NCBI GenBank assembly: GCA_951406725.2
Contig: OX597826.1
Coordinates: forward strand, 40,238,001-40,302,000
DNA: 64,000 nt
Source of the DNA: Octopus vulgaris
Taxonomy: Eukaryota
Direction: 5' to 3'
Of this stretch, positions 1 through 12,862 are shown piece by piece. Each line of letters begins with the position of its first letter. Positions within the stretch are counted from its first letter, which is position 1. The notes under the pieces are model-generated. The model did not search any database, was not told where the DNA came from, and saw only the letters and a program-made list of their open reading frames with translations. The translations under genes were made by a program, and so were the position numbers.

Positions 1-2491
1 TTTACCCAGTTATTCGTATCCCAGATCAATTTTGACTGAGCGCAGATGTGATCAAATGCATCCCATTTATGACCATCCCGTCATCTTAGAAGTATGTCTA
101 GAGTTACATTATCTAGTGTTCCCTTTAACGTTCATTATGAACAAGGTGCGATTATAGTGATATATAGCTGCAGTTTTCAGCAAATCGAGCGACATCGGAA
201 AGATTCTTTCATTGATCCATTTAGTTGTACAAAGTGAACTGGAAATAAGAAGAAAATCCACGATGAAATTAAAACTATTTCCCCAACTATATAATGAAAA
301 TCATGATTTATAAGATAACTGTCGTTACTTGAGGTCCCTGTGGTTATTTAACCACAGGTCTACTCTCCACATACAACCCTATAATCAAAGGCACTTCAGT
401 CATGGTCCACACGTTTAGTATCAGACACAATCCAATCTATCCCGGTCTACATTAACTTAGGTTTTTTTTCTTTTTAAGACAGCAAGAAGCGTAGATTGAG
501 AGAGATACTGCTCCTATTTCTAGCAGGTCGAGCAACCACATAGATCATGTGACTTGGTATGTGATGAACGAGATTCGATTCAGTAAAATTTGTCTACAGA
601 TACTGGTTTTGCTAGTTTGAAACAATCAACAATTTGATTCTTCTGTGCAGTATAAAATTACGTGATTATATATTCCTTAAGAAAGGGACTGGAGCCTAGG
701 AAAGAGAATACCAAGAGACCAATATTATAGAAGTAGCATATCGTTGGTGGTGGTGGTGGTATTATTGTTCTTGTTTTATTGTTATTTTTCTTATTGTTTT
801 TGTTATTTTCTATTATTGTTGCTTTTAGTTGTTTTACTGTTATTGCCTTTGTCTTTGTTAATATTTTTGGCATTGTAGTTTTGTTCGTTGTAGTTATTTT
901 TGTTATTATCTGTGACTGTCCTGTCTATGTATATCTAGAACTACATTGTCGGAATTGATTCCAAGAAGATTTGCAGCTATTTCTAACAGGTTGTGTGGCT
1001 GTTCAGGGGCTCCCTGGTGGTTAATATGTTATATAACAATACGAAATGGACAAGAACTGCAGTGGGAAAATGCGGGAAGATTAGAGAAATTCTATCCCTT
1101 AACAAAAGGCAGACATTTGATATTTGGTGAAGAGATTTTTGCTACTTAACCTTAAATTTACTCTGATTCACAAGACATATTGTCACAGGCGTCCTTCCAG
1201 TTCCCATCACCATACAGTATAGTTTTTAAACTAAGTAATCCAATGGGATACCGAAGACGGTATGAGAAGGAAGAAAAACCAAGGAACCAGAGCAAGAAAA
1301 ATTTCCATCGACCCAGGTAATGTGAAAAGTAAAGTCAACCATGACAGATTAGAACTCAGAATATAAACAGCAATAACTAAACATTGCAATGATTATTTTA
1401 CCAGAAAGTTATCGATCCTATTGTCGAACGTTACAACTACAAAGACGACAGATGTCCTATAAAAATATATTCTTCATATTGTACAGTACATACACACACG
1501 GTGTTGTTATTTTAAAGAAGTTGGGACGTTGGTGAATCGGAGTGGTTTCCTTCCTAATTGAAAATAATATTGAAATAAGAATATTATTGTAATCTTATCC
1601 AAATAGTAATTTTAATTAGAAGAGAACAATGGAATCTGTTTACACAAGAGATAAATCAAAAATATCTGGTCAACTGAGTGGACGACGATTTTCAATTATG
1701 CCAGTGAATTAGCAGGCATTAGAGCGTAGCGTGAAATCAGCTATTTCACTGACTTAGAAACGAAAGAAATCTGTCTACCAAAACAGGCTTTACCAATATG
1801 TTTCTTCGTATATCTTAACCACGAATTGAGATTATATTATGTTCCTTAGAGTAGCTGTAAGTTTGCCAACACTTCCAAAGTTAATCATGAAATATAACCG
1901 AGAAACATTTTTCGCCATTCACAGACTCAAAAAGCAACAGCACCTGACTCTAGTGTCATTACTGATTGTAGTTATTACATTGTTAATTTATTATTCCAGC
2001 CTCTCTTTTTTGTTTTCATTTTCTTGAGTTAACGTTGCTTTCATTCAGTCTTGTCTTCTCTGCTAGTTCAGCTCTGTTGCTCACTCCTTTACTTCTTATT
2101 AAATGATGACTAAATCAGCACCGTCTTATGACATATTTCACTTGACAATTGACCTCAGGTGTCTCATGGATTTAAGGGATGAATATTAATTTGTGCATAC
2201 TGTAACACACCTGCTGTGTGTATATGTGGAAGCATCAAAGGATTGCTTTATCCGGTAGGGGAATCTATAATGCTGTTAAGATAACTCTGACGTTAGTCTG
2301 TTATTAATTGATGTTAACATCCTGACGAAATTCATTATTTCCGTTAAAACAAGAAACGAAATAGATTCCTCTTTTGGTTTGGTTGATAAGTATACCAGTC
2401 GGTCAATACATACATGCATCATAGAATAGTCATGTAAACAATTTTAAAACGCACAAACCTTGCGCTGACTTTCATTAATTTCTTGATAGTA

Positions 2492-2728
2492 CAGTAATCA
2501 CTCGACTATCGTGGGTGATACGTTCCAACCCCACCCCGTGATAGGTAAAAATCCGCGAAATAGAAACAGTACTGTTTTGTATTTTTAAAAAATTATTTTT
2601 ATCATTTGTATATATTTATTTTATTATAAATACAAAACAACACCACGGAGGAGTCGATGTAAGCTTAAATAACAAACCTCGATAGATGAACCGCGATAGG
2701 TAAACCACGATATGGTACGTGATTACTG
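2492..2728. mobile_element. Tigger/pogo-type MITE (non-autonomous DNA transposon)
   Basis: Imperfect TIRs CAGTAATCAC-tcgac-TATCGTGG (left) and CAGTAATCAC-gtacca-TATCGTGG (right, reverse complement). TA on both flanks (2490-2491, 2729-2730). 237 bp, no ORF. Confidence 0.8.
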
Positions 2729-3497
2729 TATACTATAAAATGTCAAGAAGTTTTATTCCACAATTTCAACTTGGTCACTCACAATGTTCTAATGCTGGAA
2801 GTTAGTTACGGGGTAATTGTTATAAGCATCAGGTAATTTCTCGGTTTCTTGTTTTAATTTTTCAATATATTTCTTCATTAGGTATGGAAATGGTTAACGT
2901 CTTTATGTATTGCAGATCCGTTTGGAAAAATATCAATTTTTTTCTGTGTGAGAAAGCTTCCACTCATAGAACTGAGTTTTCGGAACTCTTGTTACTTTCA
3001 CATACGGTTTTACATTATTCCCTTCATTTCCACACCTTCTTCCAAATTGCGATGTATTTTATTGATTGTTATCATAGTTATGACTATTTTTCTTCAGGTC
3101 CATTTAGGTGTGGTTTTGAATGTCTCGCGGCACCGGTCGCTGTGTAATTAACATTTGTCTGAAAATATATTCAAAATATTTCCCATAACTCTTTAATTTA
3201 AATGGTTACTCGTCGTACCTTTCAGCACAACAATAATAAATCGTAAATAAGCTGAAAAACCTGAAATATATGATATATACAAAATTATTCCACTTATCCT
3301 ACTGCTAGTCATATGCATAACTTAAGTAGGGGGCATTGGTTTACCCCTACTCAGATATACGGTTCGTACTGTTGAATGTAAAGGAATTCTGCCTTAGCAT
3401 TAGCTTCTAAAGAAGTGATGGTTTGATATCCACACTGACTTTATTGCTGTACCTATCACACTCATCTGAAGCATTTCAGAAAATATAGATTAAGCTT

Positions 3498-3597
3498 NNN
3501 NNNNNNNNNNNNNNNNNNNNNNNNNNNNNNNNNNNNNNNNNNNNNNNNNNNNNNNNNNNNNNNNNNNNNNNNNNNNNNNNNNNNNNNNNNNNNNNNN
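3498..3597. other. Assembly gap (100 N)
   Basis: Exactly 100 Ns, typical of a scaffolding join. Sequence either side may not be contiguous. Confidence 0.98.
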
Positions 3598-3839
3598 TAC
3601 AAAATTGCATCTCCTCGCTTTGCAGATCACATGTAATCGACGATGTCAGAAATCCTATTTATTGCCAACTCGTATTTCTTTTCACTGGTAATGAGATGAA
3701 TTTGCATCTGTGTGTGTGTGTGTGTGGTGTATGTATGTGCGCGTGGTGTGTCTTGCAGCAGCACTGCAGTAATCGTTATTTTTCTGTATCTATCTCACTC
3801 CCAATCTCTCTGTTCTACTATCTCTCTCTTTTTTCAATT

Positions 3840-4046
3840 CGTATATACATATCTATAAATATCAATCTGTTTAGCAATCTATCTATCTATCAAAATATAT
3901 ATATATATATATATATCACTATATCAAAACATACCTATATACGTATATGCATATATATGTATGTGTATATATATATATACATACATATGTATGTATATAT
4001 ATATGTGTGTGTGTGTGTGTATATATACATATACGTATACATATAC

Positions 4047-4136
<90 letters not shown>

Positions 4137-5590
4137 GCATATATAGAAGTAGTTAGTGCTATAGACATAGGTATACACATAATACGTATACAGCGTTATA
4201 TGTATACATGTATACGAATATATGTTATATGCATATAATTATACAGATATACATATCTATCTATCTATCTATCTCTCTATCAATCTATATATACATATAT
4301 ATATGCAATATGCATATAGAAACTTATAGTCTCAAATATTAAAGTGTGCGCATATATATGTGTATGTATGCATGTATGTATGTATAAATATTTATATATT
4401 CATATATTTGTGAACCTGTGTGTATGTGTGCATGTATGTATATGCAGGCATGTATGCGTATATGTATGACACATTTGTAAGCGTGAGTGTGGAGAGTTTA
4501 TATCCATATCTAGATACGCGTATGAATGCATGCATACATACACATATATTCATATACATACTCATACATACATGACTACAAAGATGTATATATATCATGG
4601 CAATGGTTAATGGCCTTTCTTTTACGACTTATTGCAGCGCAACATCAATTTGTTTCACCTTTCGCCTAATAAATGCCATACTTGCGCACTTAGTTTTTTT
4701 GTTTTTTTTTCTCGTTTAGAGCTTTGAAAAGAACGGAGAAAAAATCGGGTTGAAAATATTGGAAATATGCATCTGTAGTAAATATGGATTCTGAAAAAAG
4801 ATCATCTAACCATCGAGTGATGATTATAATATTCGGATATCTAGTCAAATGTTTAGTATAGGGAAATAATATAGAAGTAAACAGTACGGGAGCGCATAAA
4901 CATTTGGGCGCACGGACACATTAATACAGATTTACATTAATACAGATATATACAGATAGTATGTTTTTTATGTGTAAATATATATATATACATATATATG
5001 TGTGTGTGTGTTTGTGTATGCGTGCGTGTTTGTGTGGGTGCGTGCGCGTGTGTGTATATGTATGTGTGCGTATGAGTGTATGTGTGTGTGTGTGTGTGTG
5101 TGTGTTTGTGTGTGTGTATGTGTGTGTGTGTGTGTGCATACACTGTAGAAGAGATATTACTCTTAATACTCAAAGTTTCATATTTGCTGATGTTTGCGTG
5201 ACAACTATACAATGTAATAGACAGATGGATATTTCTAAAAAAAATATATCCATGGATTGTAAGTTACCGAATAAAAAATATAGAATGATTTAGACATGAT
5301 ATTTGAAACAATGCAATGAAATAATGGGATAACTAGTGTAATTGAGGTTATGCATATGTAACAAAATAGCTTCGTTTTATTAGTCATGTATGCAAAACTG
5401 TTTATCTGTATGTGGGTGTGGGTGTCTGCATTTGCATGTGTATGATATATATGTGAATATATATAGATATAGATATATATTATATACATATATATATATA
5501 TTATATTGTATATATATGTAGAAATATATATTATGTATACGTATATGTATGTATATATATATGTGTGTATATATATATATATATATTTAA
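3840..5590. repeat. Compound (TA)n/(TG)n/(CA)n/(TATC)n microsatellite region, representative of many such tracts in the window
   Basis: Direct inspection. These tracts produce the [12 protein letters not shown] pseudo-ORFs. Confidence 0.95.
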
Positions 5591-5659
5591 AATCATCGGA
5601 AGAATCAGTGTATTAGACGGAGTCCAATAAATGTCATCATATGATTTCTCCTATAGTGA

Positions 5660-6062
<403 letters not shown>

Positions 6063-6214
6063 AACCATATTAAGGTATACAAATGCAGAATATGTATTTC
6101 AGCAAAAGTAATAAACTTTATTGTATTAAGTCATTTGGAATTCATATAATACACCAATATAATATAAATATTCTAATAACAACAATCCTTGGATGGAATT
6201 TATAAACATTTATG

Positions 6215-6350
6215 CATCACTACGCGCGTTTCCACAAATCACATATCTCTTAAGATCGCTGTCCATATTCCTAACACAATTACAGTGTATTTCGAAGTAT
6301 CCGTGAGCATCGGGGACAGAATTTTCATGGATTCATTTCTTCAGGCGATG
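6215..6350 (-). ncRNA. Type I hammerhead ribozyme motif with long stem II (PLE pLTR-like)
   Basis: Minus strand reads CATCGC-CTGAAGA-(~105 nt; ATGAATC/GATTTGT stem base)-GAAAC-GCGC-GTA-GTGATG. Stem I is 6 bp (CATCGC/GTGATG); stem III has a palindromic loop. Confidence 0.65.
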
Positions 6351-6639
6351 TAACATTATTGGATGTTTACTAGAGGGATGTTTATCACCTTTTGACCATT
6401 AGTAAATTTGGTTCTACGGGTATTTCTGTGTATATTTGGTGGGTTGGAGGAGAAGATGAAAAAAATAGAGGAAGGGATGCTAGTCATATGGAGAGGGATG
6501 TATGTGTGTGTGTGTGTTTGGTGATTTTGGAATTAGTTTGCTGTTCAGTTTGCAGATGGCAAGGATGAGTCGTACATTCCTTTGTTCGATCTCATTTAAG
6601 GCATAGCTATCTTCCATGATTTCTGAAGTAAACAGAAAA

Positions 6640-6838
6640 TATTCTTTTATTATTCTTTTAGTCTTCTACTTGCTTCAGGTCATTTCACTGCGGCCATGCT
6701 GGAGTACCGCCTTGAAGGAGTTTAGTCGAACAAATCTCCCCCGGCAATTACTTGTAAAGACCAATACTTATTCTATTGGTATGTATTGCCGAACCGCTAA
6801 GTTACAGGGATATAAAGACACCACAAACGGTTGTCAAC
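6640..6838 (-). mobile_element. SINE family A, 3' half
   Basis: Reverse complement of the family A tail (CTGCGGCCATGCTGGAGTACCGCC, GCCGAACCGCTAAGTTAC). Confidence 0.8.
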
Positions 6839-6839
6839 A

Positions 6840-7561
6840 GGTGTTTTCTGCAATGTATGGGTAATTTATCCTGTTCACGCTATTTTATTAGCATTATCAC
6901 GCGTTTGAGAATAAAAAAAAATTATGTATCTTTCAATACATCTCAACTCTTCTAAAACAAACTTCGTTTGGTTACTTTCATCGTAAGGTGAAGTTAACAT
7001 TACTCCACTCTAAACGCTTTGCAACGTTTGTTTTTGAAAGTGGTGGTTTTATGATTGCACTCCTCCCGTAAAATCCGGTTTTGTGCAGCTACCGGTGAAC
7101 AGTTTTTTGTGGAAACTGGGTTCTCGACGTGAGCGTTAAATTTTGCAGTAATTTGGGGGGCTGTACATTTGTAAGAATCCGACGGTCCCTATATGAAAAT
7201 CTTGGTTTTCTTCCGGCGTTTTGTTTCAACGAGGAGGTTTTTCCTCTTTCTCAAAGGCTGTCATTACTTTCGAGATAGTACTTCTTGATAGACCAAACAT
7301 TTCGACTGTTTTTCGTTACGCTAGCGCCTGCCATACGAGCATCAACAATTTGACCTCTTTGAAAGTCCGAGAGATCTATCATTTTAATGAATTTTAATTA
7401 CCTTTTTCTAATGATACTTGAAAAGAAACAGCAATTTTAGCAAAACATATTAAGCAACTCTAAAAAAACATTAAAATAAAAAAGCTTTTGACAGCTTTAT
7501 AGATATTTCAAAATTATGATTCTATGATGCTAGGTGTTTCCATTATTTTGTCCAAACCCTG
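6840..7561 (-). mobile_element. Tc1-family transposon remnant (left TIR plus degraded N-terminal transposase)
   Basis: ATG at 7382 gives MIDLSDFQRGQIVDARMAGASVTK..EMFGLSRSTISKVMTAFEK..GKTSSLKQNAGRKPR, a Tc1 paired-like HTH with frameshifts. Terminus CAGGGTTTGGACAAAATAATGGAAACACC flanked by TA. Confidence 0.85.
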
Positions 7562-7569
7562 TATATGTA

Positions 7570-8447
7570 CAGGGTGCGATGGGTGAATTGTCGCCTTGTT
7601 TTATTTTTAATTTCTCGCAAGCGCATTATTTGTTTTTATTTTGTCAACTGCACAGCATAGTAGGGTCAGTTGGGCACTGTCTGTGATAAAAAAGCACTAT
7701 GACGTAATTCACTCTGCCAGAAATTTGAAAACGACATGCTCTATTGCTTGGTATTCGCGCCGGAAACTCCAGTACGAACACACACTTCAGAGTGTTTGAG
7801 TCTCAATCTGTGGATAGTGCATGTACCGGGTGTTGTAAAAATCAAAAATCTAGTAAACATCAAGGTGTTTGGAGTTACCACAAGTGATGGCGACGTTATG
7901 CCTCCATTCATCTTTTCACACTGCCTCAGACTCAACACAAAGGTCTACATCAAATGCCGGGTGGAGGTAGTGCTGCCCTGGGTCAAGAGGATCGCTGCTG
8001 GAGCACCCTATGCTGGCAACAGGATTCTGCACAATGTCACACATGCAAGAAAACCCAGTCATGGCTGTCAGACGATTTCTGTCAGACCACCCCTAACCTC
8101 TGGCCACCTAACTCTCCAGACAACAGCCCTTTTTGACTATTATGTGTAAGGCGCATTTGAGTGAGAGACCAACAAAACTCCTTGTAACACCAAAGATGAA
8201 CTGAATGCAAGGATTATGGCAGCATTCACCAACTTAAATAAGGAGTACGTCCAGAAGAGTTGCAGGAGTTTCCGACGTCGACTGGCGGTCATCGTTGAAG
8301 TCAATGGCGATTTTATTGAATACATTTACCCTTTAGTATTTCAAGATATTTGTATGTAAGTTTGATAAGTGTATCTGTTAAAATGAGATGACATTGTTAT
8401 TTTCGTTTTTGCGTAATTTAGACGACAATATATTCACTGCAGCCTCT
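7570..8447 (+). mobile_element. maT/DD37D-like Tc1-mariner transposon, internally deleted
   Basis: Left TIR CAGGGTGCGATGGGTGAATTGTCG after TA. Transposase motifs KVFGVTTSDGDVMPPFIF and WQQDSAQCH...WPPNSPDNSPF/DYYV with about 36-37 aa D-D spacing. Degraded right TIR. Second 3' fragment at 45560-45858. Confidence 0.8.
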
Positions 8448-8456
8448 CCCTCTCCT

Positions 8457-8516
<60 letters not shown>

Positions 8517-8598
8517 TATATTTATATGTGTGTGTGTATATATATACATATATATATATATATGAATATCTACATGTATATATATATATATATATAAA

Positions 8599-8636
<38 letters not shown>

Positions 8637-8637
8637 A

Positions 8638-8670
<33 letters not shown>

Positions 8671-9168
8671 CACATATGTTTAAATCTGTGCATATATACA
8701 CAGATATACACGTATGCAAGCGTATGTATATTAATGTACGTATAGTTACAATGCATTTATATACGTGTGTTAGAGTACAACAAAGAGTTAAGTGTGCCAA
8801 GCAAAAATCTTTATACTTTCAAGAGTCAACTAACATCGTTGAACGTAAAACAGAGTGGTTGTAAAAACTAATTAAATATGTAACCGAGGAAAGTGTTCTT
8901 CATCTAATCAATAGAATGAATTTGCGAGATGGAGACATTTTGGTTACAAAGAGTATACTATGATATAGATAATAACTATTATAATTTACCTTTGTCTTTA
9001 ATGACGGTCATTAATGAAGGAGTGATTTCTCATTGTTTTCTGTATAATTCCTATCAACTCTATTAATGTCATGCAATGTCAGCAAGTGGAAATACCTACT
9101 TACATACACACAGACACGCACACTCATAACTTCCAATAATGTCAGATAAATGGCAAGCAATTCATATT

Positions 9169-9213
<45 letters not shown>

Positions 9214-9926
9214 GCGTGGGTGGGTGTGTGCTTAAATATGTGCATATATACGCACAGATATACACGTATCCAAACATATGTGTATATACATATTTGTATA
9301 CATACATAAACACATACATGCATACATACATACTCACACACACATATGTATTTATATATATGTGCACATTTATTATGTATATATATATATATATTCTATA
9401 TATATATGAACTTCTTGTCATTTACCTGACATTATTGAAAGTAATATATGTTTATGTGTGTGTATATGCATATGTAAACACACACATACACATGCATATA
9501 TATATATACATACACATGTATATATGTACATGTGTATTTATATACATATATACACATGTATATATTACGTATATATATATATGTGTGTGTGTGTGCCTGT
9601 GTGTGTGTGTACGTGTGTATGTGTATGCGTGTGCTAAACGTGCGCATTTACGTATATAAAATAGCCGGGTAAGCTAATTAATTGAATAAGTGAAAAGAAA
9701 GTAGCCCGAGCCATTACTCTATTATTGGAACGAATCAGTTGGTAATGAAATACCCATTTACATTCTGCATCCATTTGTTCTAACCAAATAAAGGTGCTGG
9801 TAACTAAATTCCGACTAATGCAATAAATAAATCAGCAAAAAATATATGCATACGTCAATGAAACTCTCGCTGTTTGTATTGCTTTTCTTCTTACCTTTGA
9901 CTCGCCTTAAAATTTATGCTCTACTA

Positions 9927-11114
9927 TTGGGTTGGCAACTAAGTTACCGTCGTGTTTTTAAATTTAAATTTATTAAAAGGTTTAAAAAATAACAACTAAT
10001 AAATCAATAACGTATTCACCCTTGTCGTTTACAACTTCTTCCCAACGTTCAACAAGATTTTCAATACCTCGTTGGTAGAAATTACCCGATTTCGACACGA
10101 AAAATTGATCCCGCAACTCCGTGCATAGCATTTCAAAGAGATCGAAAGAGGTGGAAATCCGTTGGTGCCAAATCAGGAGAGCACGGCGAGTGTGGTAGCA
10201 CTTCCCAGCCATGCGTTTGAATGGCTTCCGTAGTCATATTGACGATATGAGGGCAGGCGTTGTCGTGCAGCTGAAGAACTCCATGCTCCCAATTAGGTCT
10301 TTTCACTTGAATAGCTTTGGTGATTCGTTCCCTCTGTTCAACATTTCCTTTCAAGCAATTCGTAACGGATAATCCCTTCCCAGTCCCACCATACGCACAA
10401 CATCGTTTTAGGCGGATGAAGATCTTGATTCACATGCGGTGTCGCTTGTTTACTGGGGCTAAGCCATTCCTTAGGCTGCTTCATATTGATGTACAGGTAC
10501 CATTTTCCGTCGCCAGTATTGACTCGGTGAAGAAATCGTCGCTTGTGTCCATGAGTTGAGCAGTGACGAGCAAGCAAACCAGCGGAGATTGTGGCTCGTT
10601 GATTTTTGTTGTTGTCACCTAAAGCATGCGGAACCTATGCTCCATACTTCTGAAACTTTCCCATCGAGTAAAGATGCTTCTCTGTAGCAGTGTGGGAGTA
10701 TTCCATTTTCTCTGTCAGTTACCTTGTCGTTTGACGAGAATTTTCGTGCAAAAGTTGGTTTAATTGTTCTTCATCGAACTCAACTGGGTTGCCAGAACGA
10801 GGTGCGTTTTTGAGGTCGACATTTCCATTTTTGATCTTGGCATGCCAATCACGAGTGGTTTTTTCAGCTATGGCACCCTCTCCATACACAGCACAATTAT
10901 CGCGAGCAGATCTTGCGGTCTTAGAACTTTGATTAAAAGCAAAAAGAATGTGTCGAAAATGTCCGTTTTTCTTAACTTGACATTCCAAACAAAAATTAAC
11001 TAAAATTAACTAGAAAAAAAAAACAGATTCCAAAATGATTCAAAAATAGAATTCTCGAAAAAAAATAAAATTCCAAAATTTAAAAAAACCGCGCTAAGTT
11101 AGTTGCCAACCCAG
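9927..11114 (-). mobile_element. Near full-length mariner (DD34D) element, mellifera-subfamily-like, pseudogenised transposase
   Basis: TIRs TTGGGTTGGCAACTAAG and CTGGGTTGGCAACTAAC with TA on both sides. Frameshifted ORF pieces: HFRHILFAF...RSGNPVEFD, TGDGKW, HPPKTMLCVWWD, LHDNACPH, HSPCSPDLAPTDFHLFRSL. Confidence 0.93.
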
Positions 11115-11739
11115 TAGATGAAGTCTATATTAAATTTATCAATGTTGTTATTATAATGAAATGCTGAATACATAGAATATGTATAAAGTACAGAATTTAT
11201 AAATAAAATATCATACTTATAATAATCCAAACATTAATGATTACTCAATGGAAATTACAGTCCTAATCAGAAGAAATGCTTGTGTTAATGACAATTCTTA
11301 TCAAGAAGAGGCAGGAGACATAATTCCACGATTTAAATTGTTGTATGTAGTATGTCTAATCACAGTGACTTGTACAGTGACTACTTCTGACGTATTTGGG
11401 GTTGTGTCAGGCCTCATCTGTGAAGCTTTGAGTATCACGTATTTCTGATGCCTTACAATAAAGTGAGATCATAGAAACTGTGTGAAAACGACTCATTAAT
11501 TAGGCTTTTTAAAATATTGACATTGAAATATTCCTTAAGGGTACTTTCTGTATGAAGATCATAGAGTTGGTTAGAAATAATGTATTTAATACAATGATCA
11601 AAAATGAAGTACTAAAGTTGGGTTATGTTCTATTTTAACTCTATATCAACAAAGAACGAATATTTAGAAATTATAATATTTGTGAATATCAGTTGTTTTC
11701 TACAAACAATAACACTGTGTAACACTAATCAGCTTAATT

Positions 11740-12625
11740 AGCCACCCGAGCAAAGTATTGCTAAGGGGAAGTCAGAAGAAATCCTTGCATCCTTGCAGAA
11801 GGAAAGGCATGATTTAAGTCCAAGACGAATAATGCGGAGCAGATATTGAACATTAGACTGCTCAATGAAAAACATCTGCTGCACCAATCTGACCTCTATC
11901 ACTTCATCGCCTTCAAAAAGGCCTTTGACCGTGTTTGGCAGGACGGGTTGTGGCAGGTGATAAAGAATTATAACTTCGACCAACCACATCGAAGTAATCG
12001 AAGAACTATGTAAAAATGCAAACAGTTCAGTTCTTCTGAACAATAAAATCAACATCGGAATTCTTCAGAACAACACTGGGTATTCGACAAAGCTGTCTCC
12101 TCTCCAATGGTTTTCAACATCTTCCCGGAGATCATGCTGGAGCCATTTTAAGGCCTCTACCACTCTTTTACCACTGGTGTTTAGCCCACTTTCAATGCCT
12201 GCTTTACTGATGATATTGACCTGTTGGGAAGCAGGAAGCAAAACTACAGGAGCTAATCACCACACTGGAAAAAATATCAGGAGCCTATGGGATGGAGATC
12301 AGCCCAGAAAAGAGCAAGATCCTGGTTAATAGTAACAACCAAAGCACAGTAACCAACATCATACTAAACAGAGAGACTTGACGAAGTGAACAACTGCAAG
12401 TAACTAGGATCCACTTCGACCAAGGACAGCAGATCTCAAAAGGAGATTAAAACAAAGCTCAGCTTACTGTCATGACGAAGCTGAACACCGTATGGAAAAG
12501 CAATTTAATTTGTTTTCCAACAAGACTGAGAGTGTACAAGTCCCTGGTAACTTCGACCCTTTTATAAGGGTGTGTTAGCAGAACTATTACAGCTGACATG
12601 GAACGAAGAATGCAGAGGTGGTGTA
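11740..12625 (+). mobile_element. RTE-clade LINE reverse transcriptase fragment (degenerate)
   Basis: Translated motifs HFIAFKKAFDRVWQDGLWQV, GIRQSCLLS, FTDDIDL, YGMEISPEKSKILV, with stops and frameshifts. Confidence 0.85.
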
Positions 12626-12626
12626 G

Positions 12627-12862
12627 GAAGAAGAAGAAGAAGAAGAAGAAGAAGAAGAAGAAGAAGAAGAAGAAGAAGAAGAAGAAGAAGAAGAGGAGAA
12701 GAAGAAGAAGAAGAAGAAGAAGAAGAAGAAGAAGAAGGAGAAGGAGAAGAAGAAGAAGAAGAAGAAGAAGAAGAAGAAGAAGAAGAAGAAGAAGAAGAAG
12801 AAGAAGAAGAAGAAGAAGAAGAAGAAGAAGAAGAAGAAGAAGAAGAAGAAGAAGAAGAAGAA
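12627..12862 (+). repeat. (GAA)n tract, ~236 bp
   Basis: Near-pure GAA with a few GAG/GGA interruptions. Confidence 0.98.
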
